The notes: generated from the letters alone by a model not told the origin. A DNA stretch of 64,000 nt from Gammaproteobacteria bacterium (GCA_965222155.1 CBDCTH010000012.1:256001-320000); one strand, 5' to 3'; shown: positions 28,509-39,054, counted from the stretch's first letter. A program made the numbers and translations.

Positions 28509-30574
28509 AATCTCGACTGGTAATGTTTACTGTTCAGTACGGGTAGTACTCCCAGGTCAACCGGCCCTTCCCGTACCAGCATCTCCTGGCGGGTTTCAAA
28601 TCCCTGCCGGTAACGCGCATACACACCCAATGCCCACACCGGGAAATAGTGGCTGTAACCGTGGTAACGCAGGTAGAACACGCGGGGAAATCCGGTGCCG
28701 GTAAACGCCGTTTCTTTCCAGCCTTTTGCGCCATCATAATTACGTACCAGGTAATCAATGCCTTTTTCCACTTGTTCAGATTCTGTTTCACCCATCGCCA
28801 TCAGGCCCAGTAATGCCCATGCGGTTTGCGACGCGGTGCTTTCTCCTGATCCTTTCAGGCCTGGTTCATTATATGAGTCACAACTTTCACCCCAGCCACC
28901 GTCCTTGTTCTGGGTTTCTTTTAACCATTTCACGGCTTTATGCAGGTAGGGCTGATTCGGATCCTCACCCAGGGCGCCCAAGCCGACCAGTACGGCCCAG
29001 GTTCCATAGATATAATTCACGCCCCAGCGACCGAACCAGGCGCCACAGGGCGCCTGGTCCTGTTGCAGGAATTCAATGGCGCGTGCTATGGGCGGGAAAC
29101 TCTTGTCATAGCCAAGCATCGCCAGCATTTCAATACAGCGCCCGGTCAGGTCGGCAGTGCTTGGGTCGACCAGCGCCCCATGGTCGGCGAAAGGTATGTT
29201 GTTGAGGTATTCGTAATGGTTGTCGATATCGAAAGCGCCCCAGCCGCAATCCGTATTCTGCATGCCGATAGTCCAGTTAACAGCCTGGGCAATGCGCTTT
29301 TTCTTATCCGGGTGATTATGGGCGCCGGCGCGCAGCAACGCCATCACCACCATACTGGTATCATCGACGTCAGGATAGAATTCATTTTCAAACTGGAATG
29401 CCCAGCCACCACCTTCCAGGCCCGGTGCCTTGCTGGCCCAGTCGCCCCGGGTGAATACCTGTTTGTCGAACAGCCAGTCCGTAGCCGGTTTCACGGCCTT
29501 ATTGTCGGGTCTCAAGCCGGCCTCTGACAGGGCGGACAGGCTCAGGCAGGTATCCCAGATCGGTGAGACGCAGGGTTGAACGTAAGTCTGGGTTTCTTCC
29601 TCGATCACCAGGTCTTCTATAGCCTGTATGCCACGCTTCTGGTCCGGGTCGGATACGTCATAGCCGAGCAGTTTGAGCGCATAGACCGCATTTGCCATAG
29701 CCGGGAAAATAGCGCCGATACCGCCCTCTCCGCGCATGTGGGCGCGGGTCCAGGCTTCCAGCCTGCGGATGGTAAGTCGTCTGATAAACCCGGGAACCAG
29801 CGGTTCCAACGGCTTAAGCAGACGGTCTGCCAGGATAAAACAGTTTTTGACGTGGTTCCCCGGCATAAATTTATCAATATATTTCAGCGATTCCGGTTCT
29901 TGCTTGAACAACTCCCTGATATCGGCGCCCTTATGTACCGGCCGCTGAGAGAAGATCAGCATCAGGGGAATGATGACGCAGCGTGACCAGTAAGAAACCT
30001 TATTCAGATTGAAAAACCACCAGCGCGGCAACCAGATGATCTCCGCCGGCATGGCAGGTACGGTCCTCCAGGGCACCTGACCAAACGTGGCGAGCAGGAT
30101 ACGGGTAAACACGTTGACCTGTTCCGCTCCGCCGTTATTCCTTACCCAGGCGCAAGCCCGTTGCATTATCTCCCCGGCGGGATCATGGCTGGCTGTTTTC
30201 AGGGCAAAGTAGGCTTTTACGGTCGCGCTGATATTGCCGGCGCCGCCTTCGTACAGGGGCCAGCTTCCATCAGGTAATTGGCGGCTGATTATATAATCGG
30301 CCAGGCGTTGCTCCCGCGCCGTATCTACCGTGCCCAGCAGGTGTTGCAACAGGATATATTCGGACGGGATTGTCGTATCCGCTTCAAGGTCAAAACGCCA
30401 GTACCCGGCGCGGTACTGGCGTTCCAGTAAAGCTGTGCCGGATTGTACAAGCGTGTTGGCCAGGGGGTCGGTTTGTGGAACCGGGGCTTTTGTCTCTTCC
30501 CGTTGCAGGAACCGGGCTGAAAGTAATTCACCAAATACCGTGTTTGTTATTGTTGCCGTACTTTGTTCAGACAT
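28505..30574 (-). CDS. shc: Squalene-hopene cyclase
   Basis: LEADTTIPSEY, SPIWDT, YPDVDDT (DXDD), QW repeats, GTGFPRVFYLRYHGY. Confidence 0.96.
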   Translation of the reverse strand: MSEQSTATITNTVFGELLSARFLQREETKAPVPQTDPLANTLVQSGTALLERQYRAGYWRFDLEADTTIPSEYILLQHLLGTVDTAREQRLADYIISRQLPDGSWPLYEGGAGNISATVKAYFALKTASHDPAGEIMQRACAWVRNNGGAEQVNVFTRILLATFGQVPWRTVPAMPAEIIWLPRWWFFNLNKVSYWSRCVIIPLMLIFSQRPVHKGADIRELFKQEPESLKYIDKFMPGNHVKNCFILADRLLKPLEPLVPGFIRRLTIRRLEAWTRAHMRGEGGIGAIFPAMANAVYALKLLGYDVSDPDQKRGIQAIEDLVIEEETQTYVQPCVSPIWDTCLSLSALSEAGLRPDNKAVKPATDWLFDKQVFTRGDWASKAPGLEGGGWAFQFENEFYPDVDDTSMVVMALLRAGAHNHPDKKKRIAQAVNWTIGMQNTDCGWGAFDIDNHYEYLNNIPFADHGALVDPSTADLTGRCIEMLAMLGYDKSFPPIARAIEFLQQDQAPCGAWFGRWGVNYIYGTWAVLVGLGALGEDPNQPYLHKAVKWLKETQNKDGGWGESCDSYNEPGLKGSGESTASQTAWALLGLMAMGETESEQVEKGIDYLVRNYDGAKGWKETAFTGTGFPRVFYLRYHGYSHYFPVWALGVYARYRQGFETRQEMLVREGPVDLGVLPVLNSKHYQSRF

Positions 30575-30708
30575 CGCTCCATTTCCACAAGGGACTTAAA
30601 CACACTATCTTAATCTATCTTGTTAAATGTGCAAGTAATTTTTGTGAAATGCCCGGTAGGAATCAGGGCAAACGCATACTTTTGAATTCAGACGTTTTTA
30701 CCCGATTC

Positions 30709-30990
30709 CGTCATTCTGGCGCAAGCCAGAATCCAGTGAATAACCCTTCATCACCCTGAGCATGCGCTGTTGTTTGACTGGATGCTGGCATTCGCCAGCA
30801 TGACGGGCGGCGTTTTCCGGTTGGTTTCCTGTCTTCTGCAACAGAATCCAAAAGTATGCGGGTGCCTTGCGGTAGGAATCCAAGCTCATTTACCATTCCC
30901 GCGAAGCTTGTCCCCCTGCTTTCGCAGGGGCAGGCTCTGCGCAAGCAGGGAGCGGGAATCCAGTGTATTTGCGGATGGATTCCTGCCCCT
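30709..30990. repeat. REP family B cluster (several hairpins in alternating orientation)
   Basis: gtcattctggcgcaagccagaatccagtg; ctggatgctggcattcgccagcatgac; cattcccgcg...gcgggaatccagtg; tggattcctgc. Confidence 0.8.
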
Positions 30991-31137
30991 GCTCAACAGC
31001 ATACAGGGGTAAACTTTCGCAAATGGGCGTGTGCAATTTTCTGCTGTATCTCTGGCCTTGTGAATTCGCCTGTTAACCAGGTAGCTGATTCACCAGCAAT
31101 GGGTTTACAGGAAATGAGTCAGTTTTTACCTTACCTG

Positions 31138-31572
31138 TCAGTCAAACAAGGGATTGCGAGTCATCAGTGACGGGAAACGACTGAAGTCCCTGTCCGCCGT
31201 CAAAAACTCACGGACTCCGTGAGAGAGGCAGATAGCGGCTATACGTGCATCATGGATTTCAGGACCGCGCACTCTCCCGTCTGCAATCTGCGATTTAAGT
31301 TGTGACCAATATTCGGTCGTTTCACCTATCAGCACCAGCGCTGGCGATGCGAGCCAAGCCTCAATCTGCTCAAGAGCTTGTTTCGTGGATGAAGGCGGGT
31401 CGTAAATTCGGGGATGCGTTGCGATAGCCAGGAATTCGTGAATACAGGGCCACGGTATTGCCCAGGCATGTCGGGCTTCGGCAAGTCCTTTGACTAATTC
31501 CCAGGCGCGCCGGTTCCACTCAGAATCCTGCCGGTGGGCATAAACCATTATGTTGGTGTCAATGGCAATCAA
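31138..31572 (-). CDS. vapC: VapC PIN-domain toxin
   Basis: IDTNIMVYA, HEFLA, IHDARIAA, TADRDF. Confidence 0.92.
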   Translation of the reverse strand: MIAIDTNIMVYAHRQDSEWNRRAWELVKGLAEARHAWAIPWPCIHEFLAIATHPRIYDPPSSTKQALEQIEAWLASPALVLIGETTEYWSQLKSQIADGRVRGPEIHDARIAAICLSHGVREFLTADRDFSRFPSLMTRNPLFD

Positions 31573-31814
31573 CCGCCATGCCCCTCATAGGCGCTATCTC
31601 GGATAGCCGCCCAGGGCCTGTTCCTGAACTCAGCCTGCAACCCGCTACCGGTTACGCTCTTATCAACCAATTGGAATGCCTGTGTTTGTTGCGCCTCTTG
31701 CAGAGCATGGCGGATACCTTGTTCAACAATCGAGCGAAAAGTGGTACCACGCTGCGCGGCAAGGGCCTTGGCCTCCAGCGCCAGGGCATCTGATATATCG
31801 ATAGTTGTTTTCAT
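31569..31814 (-). CDS. vapB: VapB antitoxin (RHH)
   Basis: MKTTIDISDAL...; 4-bp overlap with vapC. Confidence 0.88.
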   Translation of the reverse strand: MKTTIDISDALALEAKALAAQRGTTFRSIVEQGIRHALQEAQQTQAFQLVDKSVTGSGLQAEFRNRPWAAIRDSAYEGHGG

Positions 31815-31821
31815 ACTGTTA

Positions 31822-31843
31822 ACCCATATTATGCAATATGGGT
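31822..31843. promoter_or_regulatory. Putative vapBC operator
   Basis: Perfect inverted repeat ACCCATATT-atgc-AATATGGGT just upstream of vapB. Confidence 0.6.
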
Positions 31844-31941
31844 AACCATATCCATTAAGGACTATCTCGTCAAGGACTAAATTTGAAAGGAATTAACCCA
31901 TCAGAGAATCACGAAGGAGCGCGCTGAAACCCTCGGCGGGG

Positions 31942-32922
31942 TTAAAAATCTACGGTCGTTCCTTCATCCGATTTCAGCGCTTTTGCATAGATGTCTTTTG
32001 CTGCGAACAAGTCCTGAGCGTTGATGCCGTGGGACTGGTAGAGCGTAACCTGCCGGTCGTCCTGCCTGCCGGGAATTTTGCCTTCCAGCAACTCACCCAG
32101 TTCTCCGATGATATGAGTTTCATCGATAGCTCCTTCGTCGACGGGGATCATGATATCGCCCCCTTCGTTGCGGGTGGATTCCATGAGGTCTACGTAGACT
32201 GAAGACTTGATGATCAAGGCGGTATCCGCCTCCCGGGCATTCAGGCTGTGGGCGCCGACCAGGTTGACATGGGCGCCGGGTTTGACCCATTCCCCCGCCA
32301 ATATGGGTTCCGGCGAAGTTGTAACGGTACATACCAGGTCGCAGGCGCCGGCATCTGCCGGATCAGCCGTCGCCCGGACCTTGATGCCGGTGCGCTTTGC
32401 CTGCTCCCGGGCGAAGGATTTCGAGTTATCCGGGTTGCGTCCCCACACGACTATCTCATCCACGGCGCGCACGGCGCGCATGGCATCAATATGGGTAACC
32501 GCCTGCACACCGTTACCGAAGATGCCGCAGCTGTGCGCATCCCGGCGCGCCAGGAGCCGCGTTGCCAGTCCGGATGCCGCGGCGGTGCGGATCGCAGTCA
32601 CCTCAGCGCCGTCGATAAGAGCTAAAGGTGCGCCGGTCGCGTGGTCAAACAGAGCGATGAAGCCCTGAATTGCAGGAAGCCCTTTGGCGGGGTTGCCGGG
32701 GATCAGGTTGATCACCTTGGCGCCGAAAGCGGCCAGTTCGGTGGAAGAACCCGGCATCAACACCAGTAAACCACTTTCATCAATGAGCCTGGCGACCAGC
32801 CGGGGAGGCATCGATATGGCGCCGGTGCTGGCGGCAATCATGGCCGGTTCCATGACGTCTATGCATTCGTTCATGGGCAGCAGTTTGCGCACGCCTGCAG
32901 CGTTGACGATGGTCAGGGGCAT
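31942..32922 (-). CDS. Ornithine cyclodeaminase / mu-crystallin family protein
   Basis: TAIRTAAASGLA, IFGNGVQA, PGAHVNLVGA. Confidence 0.92.
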   Translation of the reverse strand: MPLTIVNAAGVRKLLPMNECIDVMEPAMIAASTGAISMPPRLVARLIDESGLLVLMPGSSTELAAFGAKVINLIPGNPAKGLPAIQGFIALFDHATGAPLALIDGAEVTAIRTAAASGLATRLLARRDAHSCGIFGNGVQAVTHIDAMRAVRAVDEIVVWGRNPDNSKSFAREQAKRTGIKVRATADPADAGACDLVCTVTTSPEPILAGEWVKPGAHVNLVGAHSLNAREADTALIIKSSVYVDLMESTRNEGGDIMIPVDEGAIDETHIIGELGELLEGKIPGRQDDRQVTLYQSHGINAQDLFAAKDIYAKALKSDEGTTVDF

Positions 32923-32985
32923 GTTTTATTCTCCAGAGGTTAAAATACAGAAGTCTACCTTGCATGTACGGTAGTGACCAGTCCG

Positions 32986-34308
32986 TCAGTGAGCGGGGGA
33001 ATAATCCTCGTCATCAAAGGGGGGAACCGGCTCGACCTCCTGCTCAGTCTTTTTCCTCTCTGTTGTCGGGACGATAGTCTGCCTGTGTCCGTAAGGCTTC
33101 CAGGCCGGGGCGATGACGTTGGGCATCTCGGAGCGGTGCATCAGCGTGGCCCGGCTGAGGGTGAATTCCCCGTAGCGGCTGTTGACGTCATCCATGACCT
33201 TGTTCAAGCGGTGGAACCTGTCTTCTTCATCTCCGAAAAACTGCGTCTGACCCTTTTCCGGTCGTGGGTCAAGTGCTGTCACCTGTACCTGAAAAATACC
33301 TTCGCCGCGCCAGTACTCATGCATGACCCGATGGCATAATTCGATAATGGGCCGGCTGTCGCTGGTCGGAAATGTCGTCTTTAACTTGTTGCTGCCAATC
33401 CAGTCGTCTTTGCTGCGCAGTCCGATAAAATACTTCTGGGCGGCCAGGGAATGCTGTCTCAGACGGAACCCCAGTTTCTCGGCCATGTGGATCAGGTACA
33501 TGTAGACGATGTCCCTGTCGGTTGTATCGGGCGGCATTATTTTGCCGTGTCCCAGACTCTTGGGCGGGGCGATTTTTGTTTCGACCGGCACCGGGTCTTC
33601 GCCCCGGCACATCAGCCAGATTCGCCTGCCCGGGTGGCCGAAGCGTTTTCCGAGCACGCTGATCGGCAATTTTGCGACGTCTCCGCAGGTAATGGCGCCG
33701 CGTTTTGCCAGAAAGCCGGCTATACCCTTATTGACCCCGCACAGTTCCATGACCGGGACATTTTCCAACTTGGCGCGCGTCTCCCAGGGCGGAATGATGG
33801 TCAGGCCATCCGGCTTGTTCTGTTTCCCTGCGTATTTGGCGGTGGTTTTATCCCCGCTCAGCCCCACCGAACAGGGCAGGCCGGAGACGTCCCAGACCAG
33901 TGCCTTAATCATTTTCCCCAGCGCTTCAGGAGATTTATCCCAATATACCTGGCAGCGCGTGATATCGAGAAACGCCTCGTCGACTGAAAATACCTCCACA
34001 TCCGGTGTGATATCCAGGAGGGCGTGCATAATGCTCGTTGAGACTTCTGCATAACGCTCGGGACGGGCGGGTACCTGGATGAAATCAGGGCATAGTTTCC
34101 GGGCCTGTTTCAGCCGCATGGTCGTGTAGATGCCGAGCGCCCTGGCCTCATAAGAACAGGTGATGAGGCAGGTGCCGGTTTTGCCGTTGGTAACGCCGAT
34201 CGGCTTGCCGCGATATTCAGGATTGTCCAGTTGCTCGATAGACGCGAAAAACGCATTCATGTCCACGAAAGCAATGAACCGCGGCCAGTGTTGATTATTG
34301 CCCGACAT
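32986..34308 (-). CDS. dinB: Y-family DNA polymerase IV
   Basis: VDMNAFFASIEQ, SYEARALG, SVDEAFLD. Confidence 0.92.
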   Translation of the reverse strand: MSGNNQHWPRFIAFVDMNAFFASIEQLDNPEYRGKPIGVTNGKTGTCLITCSYEARALGIYTTMRLKQARKLCPDFIQVPARPERYAEVSTSIMHALLDITPDVEVFSVDEAFLDITRCQVYWDKSPEALGKMIKALVWDVSGLPCSVGLSGDKTTAKYAGKQNKPDGLTIIPPWETRAKLENVPVMELCGVNKGIAGFLAKRGAITCGDVAKLPISVLGKRFGHPGRRIWLMCRGEDPVPVETKIAPPKSLGHGKIMPPDTTDRDIVYMYLIHMAEKLGFRLRQHSLAAQKYFIGLRSKDDWIGSNKLKTTFPTSDSRPIIELCHRVMHEYWRGEGIFQVQVTALDPRPEKGQTQFFGDEEDRFHRLNKVMDDVNSRYGEFTLSRATLMHRSEMPNVIAPAWKPYGHRQTIVPTTERKKTEQEVEPVPPFDDEDYSPAH

Positions 34309-34388
34309 AGGACGATTGATCCTAGGCGAGTTAACGGGTCAGGGTCAAGTGGTGAATTTGCTTCACGCTGACAAAGATTCGGCAGCGT

Positions 34389-35363
34389 TCATAGCGAATA
34401 GCCGGCACAGACCTCCGCCAGCAGCTGCAGGTTGCAGTTTCCCCCCGAGAGGATCCCGACAGCCGTTTTGCCTTTGAGTTGATCGCGCAGTTTCCAGGCC
34501 GCGGCGGTTGCCGCGGCGCCGGACGGTTCGGCCAGGTTATGGGTCGTTTCCAGTAGCCAGGCCATTGCCTGCCTGATCTCGTCGTCTGTTACCAGGACGA
34601 TATCGCTGACCAGCCGGCGCATGATGTCCAGCGTCATGTCCGCCGGCGCCCGGGTTGCCAGACCTTCGGCAATGGTGTCCAGGGAATCGTATTCGACATT
34701 CCTGCCGGTCTTGAAAGATTCGGTCACTGCGGGCGCTCCCGTGGATTGAACGCCGATCACCTGGGTTCCGGGGTTACGCTCTGCCGCGACGATGGCCGTG
34801 CCGCAAATACCGCTGCCCAGGCCGATAGGGACAAATACCACGTCCGGCGCTGGTTCCCGGTCGAATATCTCGTCGGCCATGGTGCCGACCCCGGCGATCA
34901 GCACGGGCTCATTGGCGGAATGCACGTAACGCAGTCCTTTCTCTTCGGTCAGCTTCTCGCAGTAGATCTTCGCCTCGTCGAAATCTTTGCCATGCTCGAG
35001 CAATTCGGCGCCCAGCGCGCGCATTGCCTGGTTCTTGCCCGGATTGTTGTTTTCCGGCACGATTAAAGTGCAACTGGCGCCGAACTGTCGCGCTGCATAA
35101 GCCAGTGACTGCCCGTGATTGCCGGTGGTACAGCTGATGATGCCCCGTTGTCTCTGCTCTGCGGACAGACGACTTACGAGGTTGATGCCGCCGCGCACCT
35201 TGAACGCCCCGGTCGGCTGGTGGTTCTCGTGCTTCAGCAGGTAACGGAAACCGAGCCGTTTTGTCAGCAGCGGCCATTCATTCAGCAGGGTGGGGCGCAG
35301 GTACCGGTATACCTGATCGCGGGCCTGGGTTACGTCGATATAGTTAACAGGGAGTGTCTTCAA
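34389..35363 (-). CDS. PLP-dependent threonine/serine dehydratase family protein
   Basis: KHENHQPTGAFKVRG, TGNHGQ, PIGLGSG, LSGGN. Confidence 0.9.
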   Translation of the reverse strand: MKTLPVNYIDVTQARDQVYRYLRPTLLNEWPLLTKRLGFRYLLKHENHQPTGAFKVRGGINLVSRLSAEQRQRGIISCTTGNHGQSLAYAARQFGASCTLIVPENNNPGKNQAMRALGAELLEHGKDFDEAKIYCEKLTEEKGLRYVHSANEPVLIAGVGTMADEIFDREPAPDVVFVPIGLGSGICGTAIVAAERNPGTQVIGVQSTGAPAVTESFKTGRNVEYDSLDTIAEGLATRAPADMTLDIMRRLVSDIVLVTDDEIRQAMAWLLETTHNLAEPSGAAATAAAWKLRDQLKGKTAVGILSGGNCNLQLLAEVCAGYSL

Positions 35364-35519
35364 TATTAAAATCCCGACTTCAGTCCGTGCAGGCTGCGAT
35401 TAAATATCTCTTTATCGGCATTAAGCTGACTGCGGGTAATGTTGTATGATTTGGTCCTGGCGGTGTGTGAGCGTACAGAAAAATATCAGACTGCGAATGT
35501 AACACGAGAGGACAACAAC

Positions 35520-36623
35520 ATGTCAAGAATAAACGGTTCGGTTTTATTGGTCGGCAGTGTCCCCGGGCAGGATGCGGAAGGGGTAATGCGCTTCTGCGCG
35601 CGGGAACTGGGGGACAGGTTGAGCTTTTTCCCCGACGGGGAAACCGGTTTCAGAAAAGTCTGGATCAACTTTCTCGCCGCCACCGTCTACGCAGCCAACG
35701 ATGCCCTGGAGACGGTCAACCGGCCCGAACCCGTCAACCCGGATGACCCGGATGAATGGCGGGCAGCAAGCGAGCACTGGGTTCCCAGGGGCTATCACGA
35801 TCACTGGCAATTCAGAATCAGGGACATCAGGCAGGTTCATTTTGACCATCTGGGTTATGCGGAGGAAGCAATCGCTTCCTACCGGATATTCAAACAACTG
35901 CGCGCCGAGGGTCTCGTTTCCGATAGCCAGCGGTTTATGGTGGCCATGCCCATGTGTGAATCCGCGCTACGCCCGTTTCTCGGCAAGGCCGGGGAGAATG
36001 ACTATGGCAGGATATCGGAAGCCTACACCGAAGCCATGTCCCGGGAGATACCGAAAATGCTGGAAGAAATCCCTGCCGAAGACCTGGTGGTCCAGTGGGA
36101 TATCTGTATGGAAATGCTGGCGGTTGATGTAAATGATGACCACTCGGGATTGTTTCCCTGGAAACCCGTAGGTGAAGCCATGGAACGTTATGCCGGGACG
36201 GTCAAAACTTTCTCAAATTTTGTGCCCGAGGACGTTTTTCTGGGCTTGCATTTTTGCTATGGCGACCTGGGTCATAAGCATTTTGTCGAACCGCACAGCC
36301 TGGAGAATGCGACGCGCATCGCAACCGAATCGGTAAAGGCCATCGAGCGCACGATTGATTTTTGTCATATTCCCGTCCCGCGGGACCGCCATGACGATGC
36401 CTATTTTGCAGCATTGTCGGACTGGCCGGGAAACGCCGGCAAACTGTTCCTGGGCCTGGTGCATTATACCGACCGTGTGGATGGTACAAAGCGCAGACTC
36501 GCGACCGCCAGACGATACATCGATAATTTTGGAATCGCAACGGAGTGCGGTTTCGGCCGCCGTCCCAAGGAGACATTACCCGAACTGATGCGCATACATC
36601 GCGAGATAGCCGAACTTCTCTGA
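35520..36623 (+). CDS. Cobalamin-independent methionine synthase II-like (UROD/MetE fold) protein of unknown function
   Basis: LVGSVP, PDGETG, QWD, Zn-ligand-type HFCYGD and TECGFGR. Confidence 0.75.
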   Translation: MSRINGSVLLVGSVPGQDAEGVMRFCARELGDRLSFFPDGETGFRKVWINFLAATVYAANDALETVNRPEPVNPDDPDEWRAASEHWVPRGYHDHWQFRIRDIRQVHFDHLGYAEEAIASYRIFKQLRAEGLVSDSQRFMVAMPMCESALRPFLGKAGENDYGRISEAYTEAMSREIPKMLEEIPAEDLVVQWDICMEMLAVDVNDDHSGLFPWKPVGEAMERYAGTVKTFSNFVPEDVFLGLHFCYGDLGHKHFVEPHSLENATRIATESVKAIERTIDFCHIPVPRDRHDDAYFAALSDWPGNAGKLFLGLVHYTDRVDGTKRRLATARRYIDNFGIATECGFGRRPKETLPELMRIHREIAELL

Positions 36624-36630
36624 TGTTTAA

Positions 36631-36647
36631 CCCGCATTTCTCACCAG
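36631..36647. mobile_element. Solo MITE/IS end CCCGCATTTCTCACCAG
   Basis: Identical to the left end at 55490; preceded by TTAA; abuts a truncated gene. Confidence 0.65.
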
Positions 36648-36661
36648 CCGCACCGAAGCGC

Positions 36662-37045
36662 GTATTCAAACCTGATGCTGGCGCCTTGCTGTTATCTCCC
36701 GCCGATGAGACACCCAGCCCTCCCTGTGACGCCCGGCCCGAGGAATTGGACGTGGCCCTGGCGGTGGATCGGTTTGAGACGGCGACGGGCATTAACATAT
36801 CCCGCGTGACCCATCGTTGGGCGGGCCTGCGGACCTTCGCGCCGGACAAGACCTTCGTCGTCGGGTTCGACCCCAGGACGGAAGGTTTTTTCTGGCTGGC
36901 GGGGCAGGGGGGCTACGGCGTGCAAACGGCCCCGGGTCTGGCAAAGTTGACGGTTTCCATGATCAGCGGGGCATCACCCCGGGAATATACAGGCAGGGAG
37001 GCTGATCTTGTCAATCGATTAGCCCCCGGCCGGTTGCTGAAGTGA
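36662..37045 (+). pseudogene. C-terminal fragment of an FAD-dependent D-amino acid dehydrogenase (DAO family)
   Basis: FKPDAG.LLLSPADETP, WAGLRTFAPD, WLAGQGGYGVQTAP; the N-terminal FAD-binding motif is missing. Confidence 0.85.
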
Positions 37046-37060
37046 GATGGGTGGATCGGA

Positions 37061-38179
37061 TCAGTGTTTCGTATTCAGGCATTCAATATTGCGCTTAATC
37101 AACGACTCAATGGCGCGTAATTTCCCCTTTTCATCCCTGGACACGAATGAAATAGCCTGACCGCTGGCGCCCGCCCGGCCGGTACGACCAATACGATGTA
37201 TATAATCTCCCGGCGCCTCGGGCATATCGAAATTGACGACTATAGGCAGTAACTCGATATCGATGCCGCGCGAGGCGATGTCAGTGGCTACCAGCACCTG
37301 TTTTTTGCCCTTCTTGAAATCATCCAGCACCTTGGTGCGTTGTGCCTGAGTTTTATTACTGTGAATTGCAGAGGCGGAGATTGAATTCTTGCCCAGTCGT
37401 TTTACCAGCTTGTCTGCGCCATGCTTGGTGCGGGTAAAAACCAGTATCTGCTCGTGAGTGTCCTGCGCAAGTTCACTCAACAAATTGGCTTTGCGATCCT
37501 TCTCGACCCAGTACAGTTTCTGTGAGATTGCCTCAATTGTCGAGTTACCAGGGGACACGTCTATTTCTATAGGGTTTCTGCAAATCGTGCCGGCCAGTTG
37601 GCGAATCTCCCTGGAGAATGTGGCTGAAAACATCAGGTTCTGTCTGCGCTGTGGAATAAGTTTCAGAATCTTGCGTATGTCCATGATAAAGCCCATATCC
37701 AACATGCGGTCGGCCTCGTCCAGCACCAGCAATTCGATATCGTCAAAGCGGATGGCGTTCTGCTGAAAAAGGTCTAACAAGCGCCCCGGTGTTGCCACCA
37801 GCAGATCGACGCCGCGTCGCAGCGCGCGCAGTTGGGGAGTAATGTTTACTCCGCCGAATACCACCGCTGAAGTGAGTCGTTCATTCTTGCCGTAAGTCAG
37901 AATACTCTGGTGTACCTGGGCCGCCAGTTCCCGTGTCGGCGTCAGGATCAGCGCCCGCGCCCGCCCAGGCTTGGCCTTGGCGCTGGCGCCCAATTGTTGC
38001 AGCATGGGAAGCACAAACCCGGCGGTCTTGCCGGTGCCGGTCTGAGCGGCCGCCATCACGTCGCCGCCGGAAAGAACGGCAGGAATTGCCTGGGCCTGAA
38101 TAGGGGTTGGAGTTGTATAGCCTGTGTGCGCAACTGCGCGCAACAGGGAATCGGATAGTCCGAGTGTCGTAAAAGTCAT
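37061..38179 (-). CDS. rhlE: DEAD-box RNA helicase (RhlE-like)
   Basis: AQTGTGKT, PTRELA, DEADRM, SAT, HRIGRTGRAG. Confidence 0.9.
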   Translation of the reverse strand: MTFTTLGLSDSLLRAVAHTGYTTPTPIQAQAIPAVLSGGDVMAAAQTGTGKTAGFVLPMLQQLGASAKAKPGRARALILTPTRELAAQVHQSILTYGKNERLTSAVVFGGVNITPQLRALRRGVDLLVATPGRLLDLFQQNAIRFDDIELLVLDEADRMLDMGFIMDIRKILKLIPQRRQNLMFSATFSREIRQLAGTICRNPIEIDVSPGNSTIEAISQKLYWVEKDRKANLLSELAQDTHEQILVFTRTKHGADKLVKRLGKNSISASAIHSNKTQAQRTKVLDDFKKGKKQVLVATDIASRGIDIELLPIVVNFDMPEAPGDYIHRIGRTGRAGASGQAISFVSRDEKGKLRAIESLIKRNIECLNTKH

Positions 38180-38772
38180 ATATCTCTCTTTAAAAATTTA
38201 TTTTGCAGGCATGTACAGCCCTTCGACTCCGGGATTAGCGAAGCGATTGGCGCTGAATGACCAATGGATGTGTTCCCCGGACGAATGGCGTCTGGTTGCA
38301 CGGGTGTGCAATCGATAGATAATGTTCGGAGTTCGAAACCGCGAATAGATCGGTGACAAAAGCAGAAGAACAGGTAAAGACTCGGAGTCTCAGAGAACTG
38401 CGTTAATTAAAACGCAGAAAAATGACCTTTAGCTAAAGATAACGCACTTGCAGCGAGGTATTACTCAAGCGGCAATAGCCAACTATAGCATGAAATTAAC
38501 TGAATAGTTCAAATAAAATGGAGACAGGGTAAAAATCAAAGACCAAGCCCCTGTTAAGACGAATATCGTCGCGCAGCCGATGGCCTGTTCAATCCCTGCA
38601 CGTGCTGTGGTGACCCAGTCAATTTCCGATTTCACAGTTTCATCCAATCCCAGCAGCGCGTTAACATTACGGTGTTTCATAGAACCGTTCCATGAACGCT
38701 CTTACCTTGACAAATAACTATATTTAGACCATATTCAGTCATCCTGACGATGACGACTTTATAAGAGTACCC

Positions 38773-39054
38773 ATGATGAAATTATCTGTGCAAATAAAAC
38801 CAATCAGTTATCTCAAGGCTCATGCCGCTGATATCGTCCGCCAACTGAGTGAGCAGAAACAACCCCTTATCATTACACAAAACGGTGAAGCCAAGATTGT
38901 GGTGCAGGACATCAAAAGCTATGAGGAGAATGAAGAGACGCTTGCTTTGCTCAAGATACTCGCTCTTGGCAATAGTCAAATCGAGCAGGATGACATCACC
39001 CCTGCCAAATCAGCGCTGGAGCACATTCGCCTGCGACGTAAACGGAAATCGTAA
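38773..39054 (+). CDS. Phd/YefM family antitoxin
   Basis: IKPISYLKAHAA, PLIITQNGEAK; TTGACA at 38707 upstream. Confidence 0.9.
   Translation: MMKLSVQIKPISYLKAHAADIVRQLSEQKQPLIITQNGEAKIVVQDIKSYEENEETLALLKILALGNSQIEQDDITPAKSALEHIRLRRKRKS

Noticed and set aside
30698-31170. Small ORFs between shc and vapC
   Set aside because: They are translations of REP hairpins.
32954-32973. CTACC-N10-GGTAG upstream of the cyclodeaminase as a sixth operator box
   Set aside because: The spacing differs from the 16-bp box, so it was not counted.
34309-34388. LexA box upstream of dinB
   Set aside because: No CTGT-N8-ACAG is visible.
36545-37045. 166-aa ORF as an intact gene
   Set aside because: Its N-terminus is the end of the upstream gene plus a MITE end; only the C-terminal DAO part is real.
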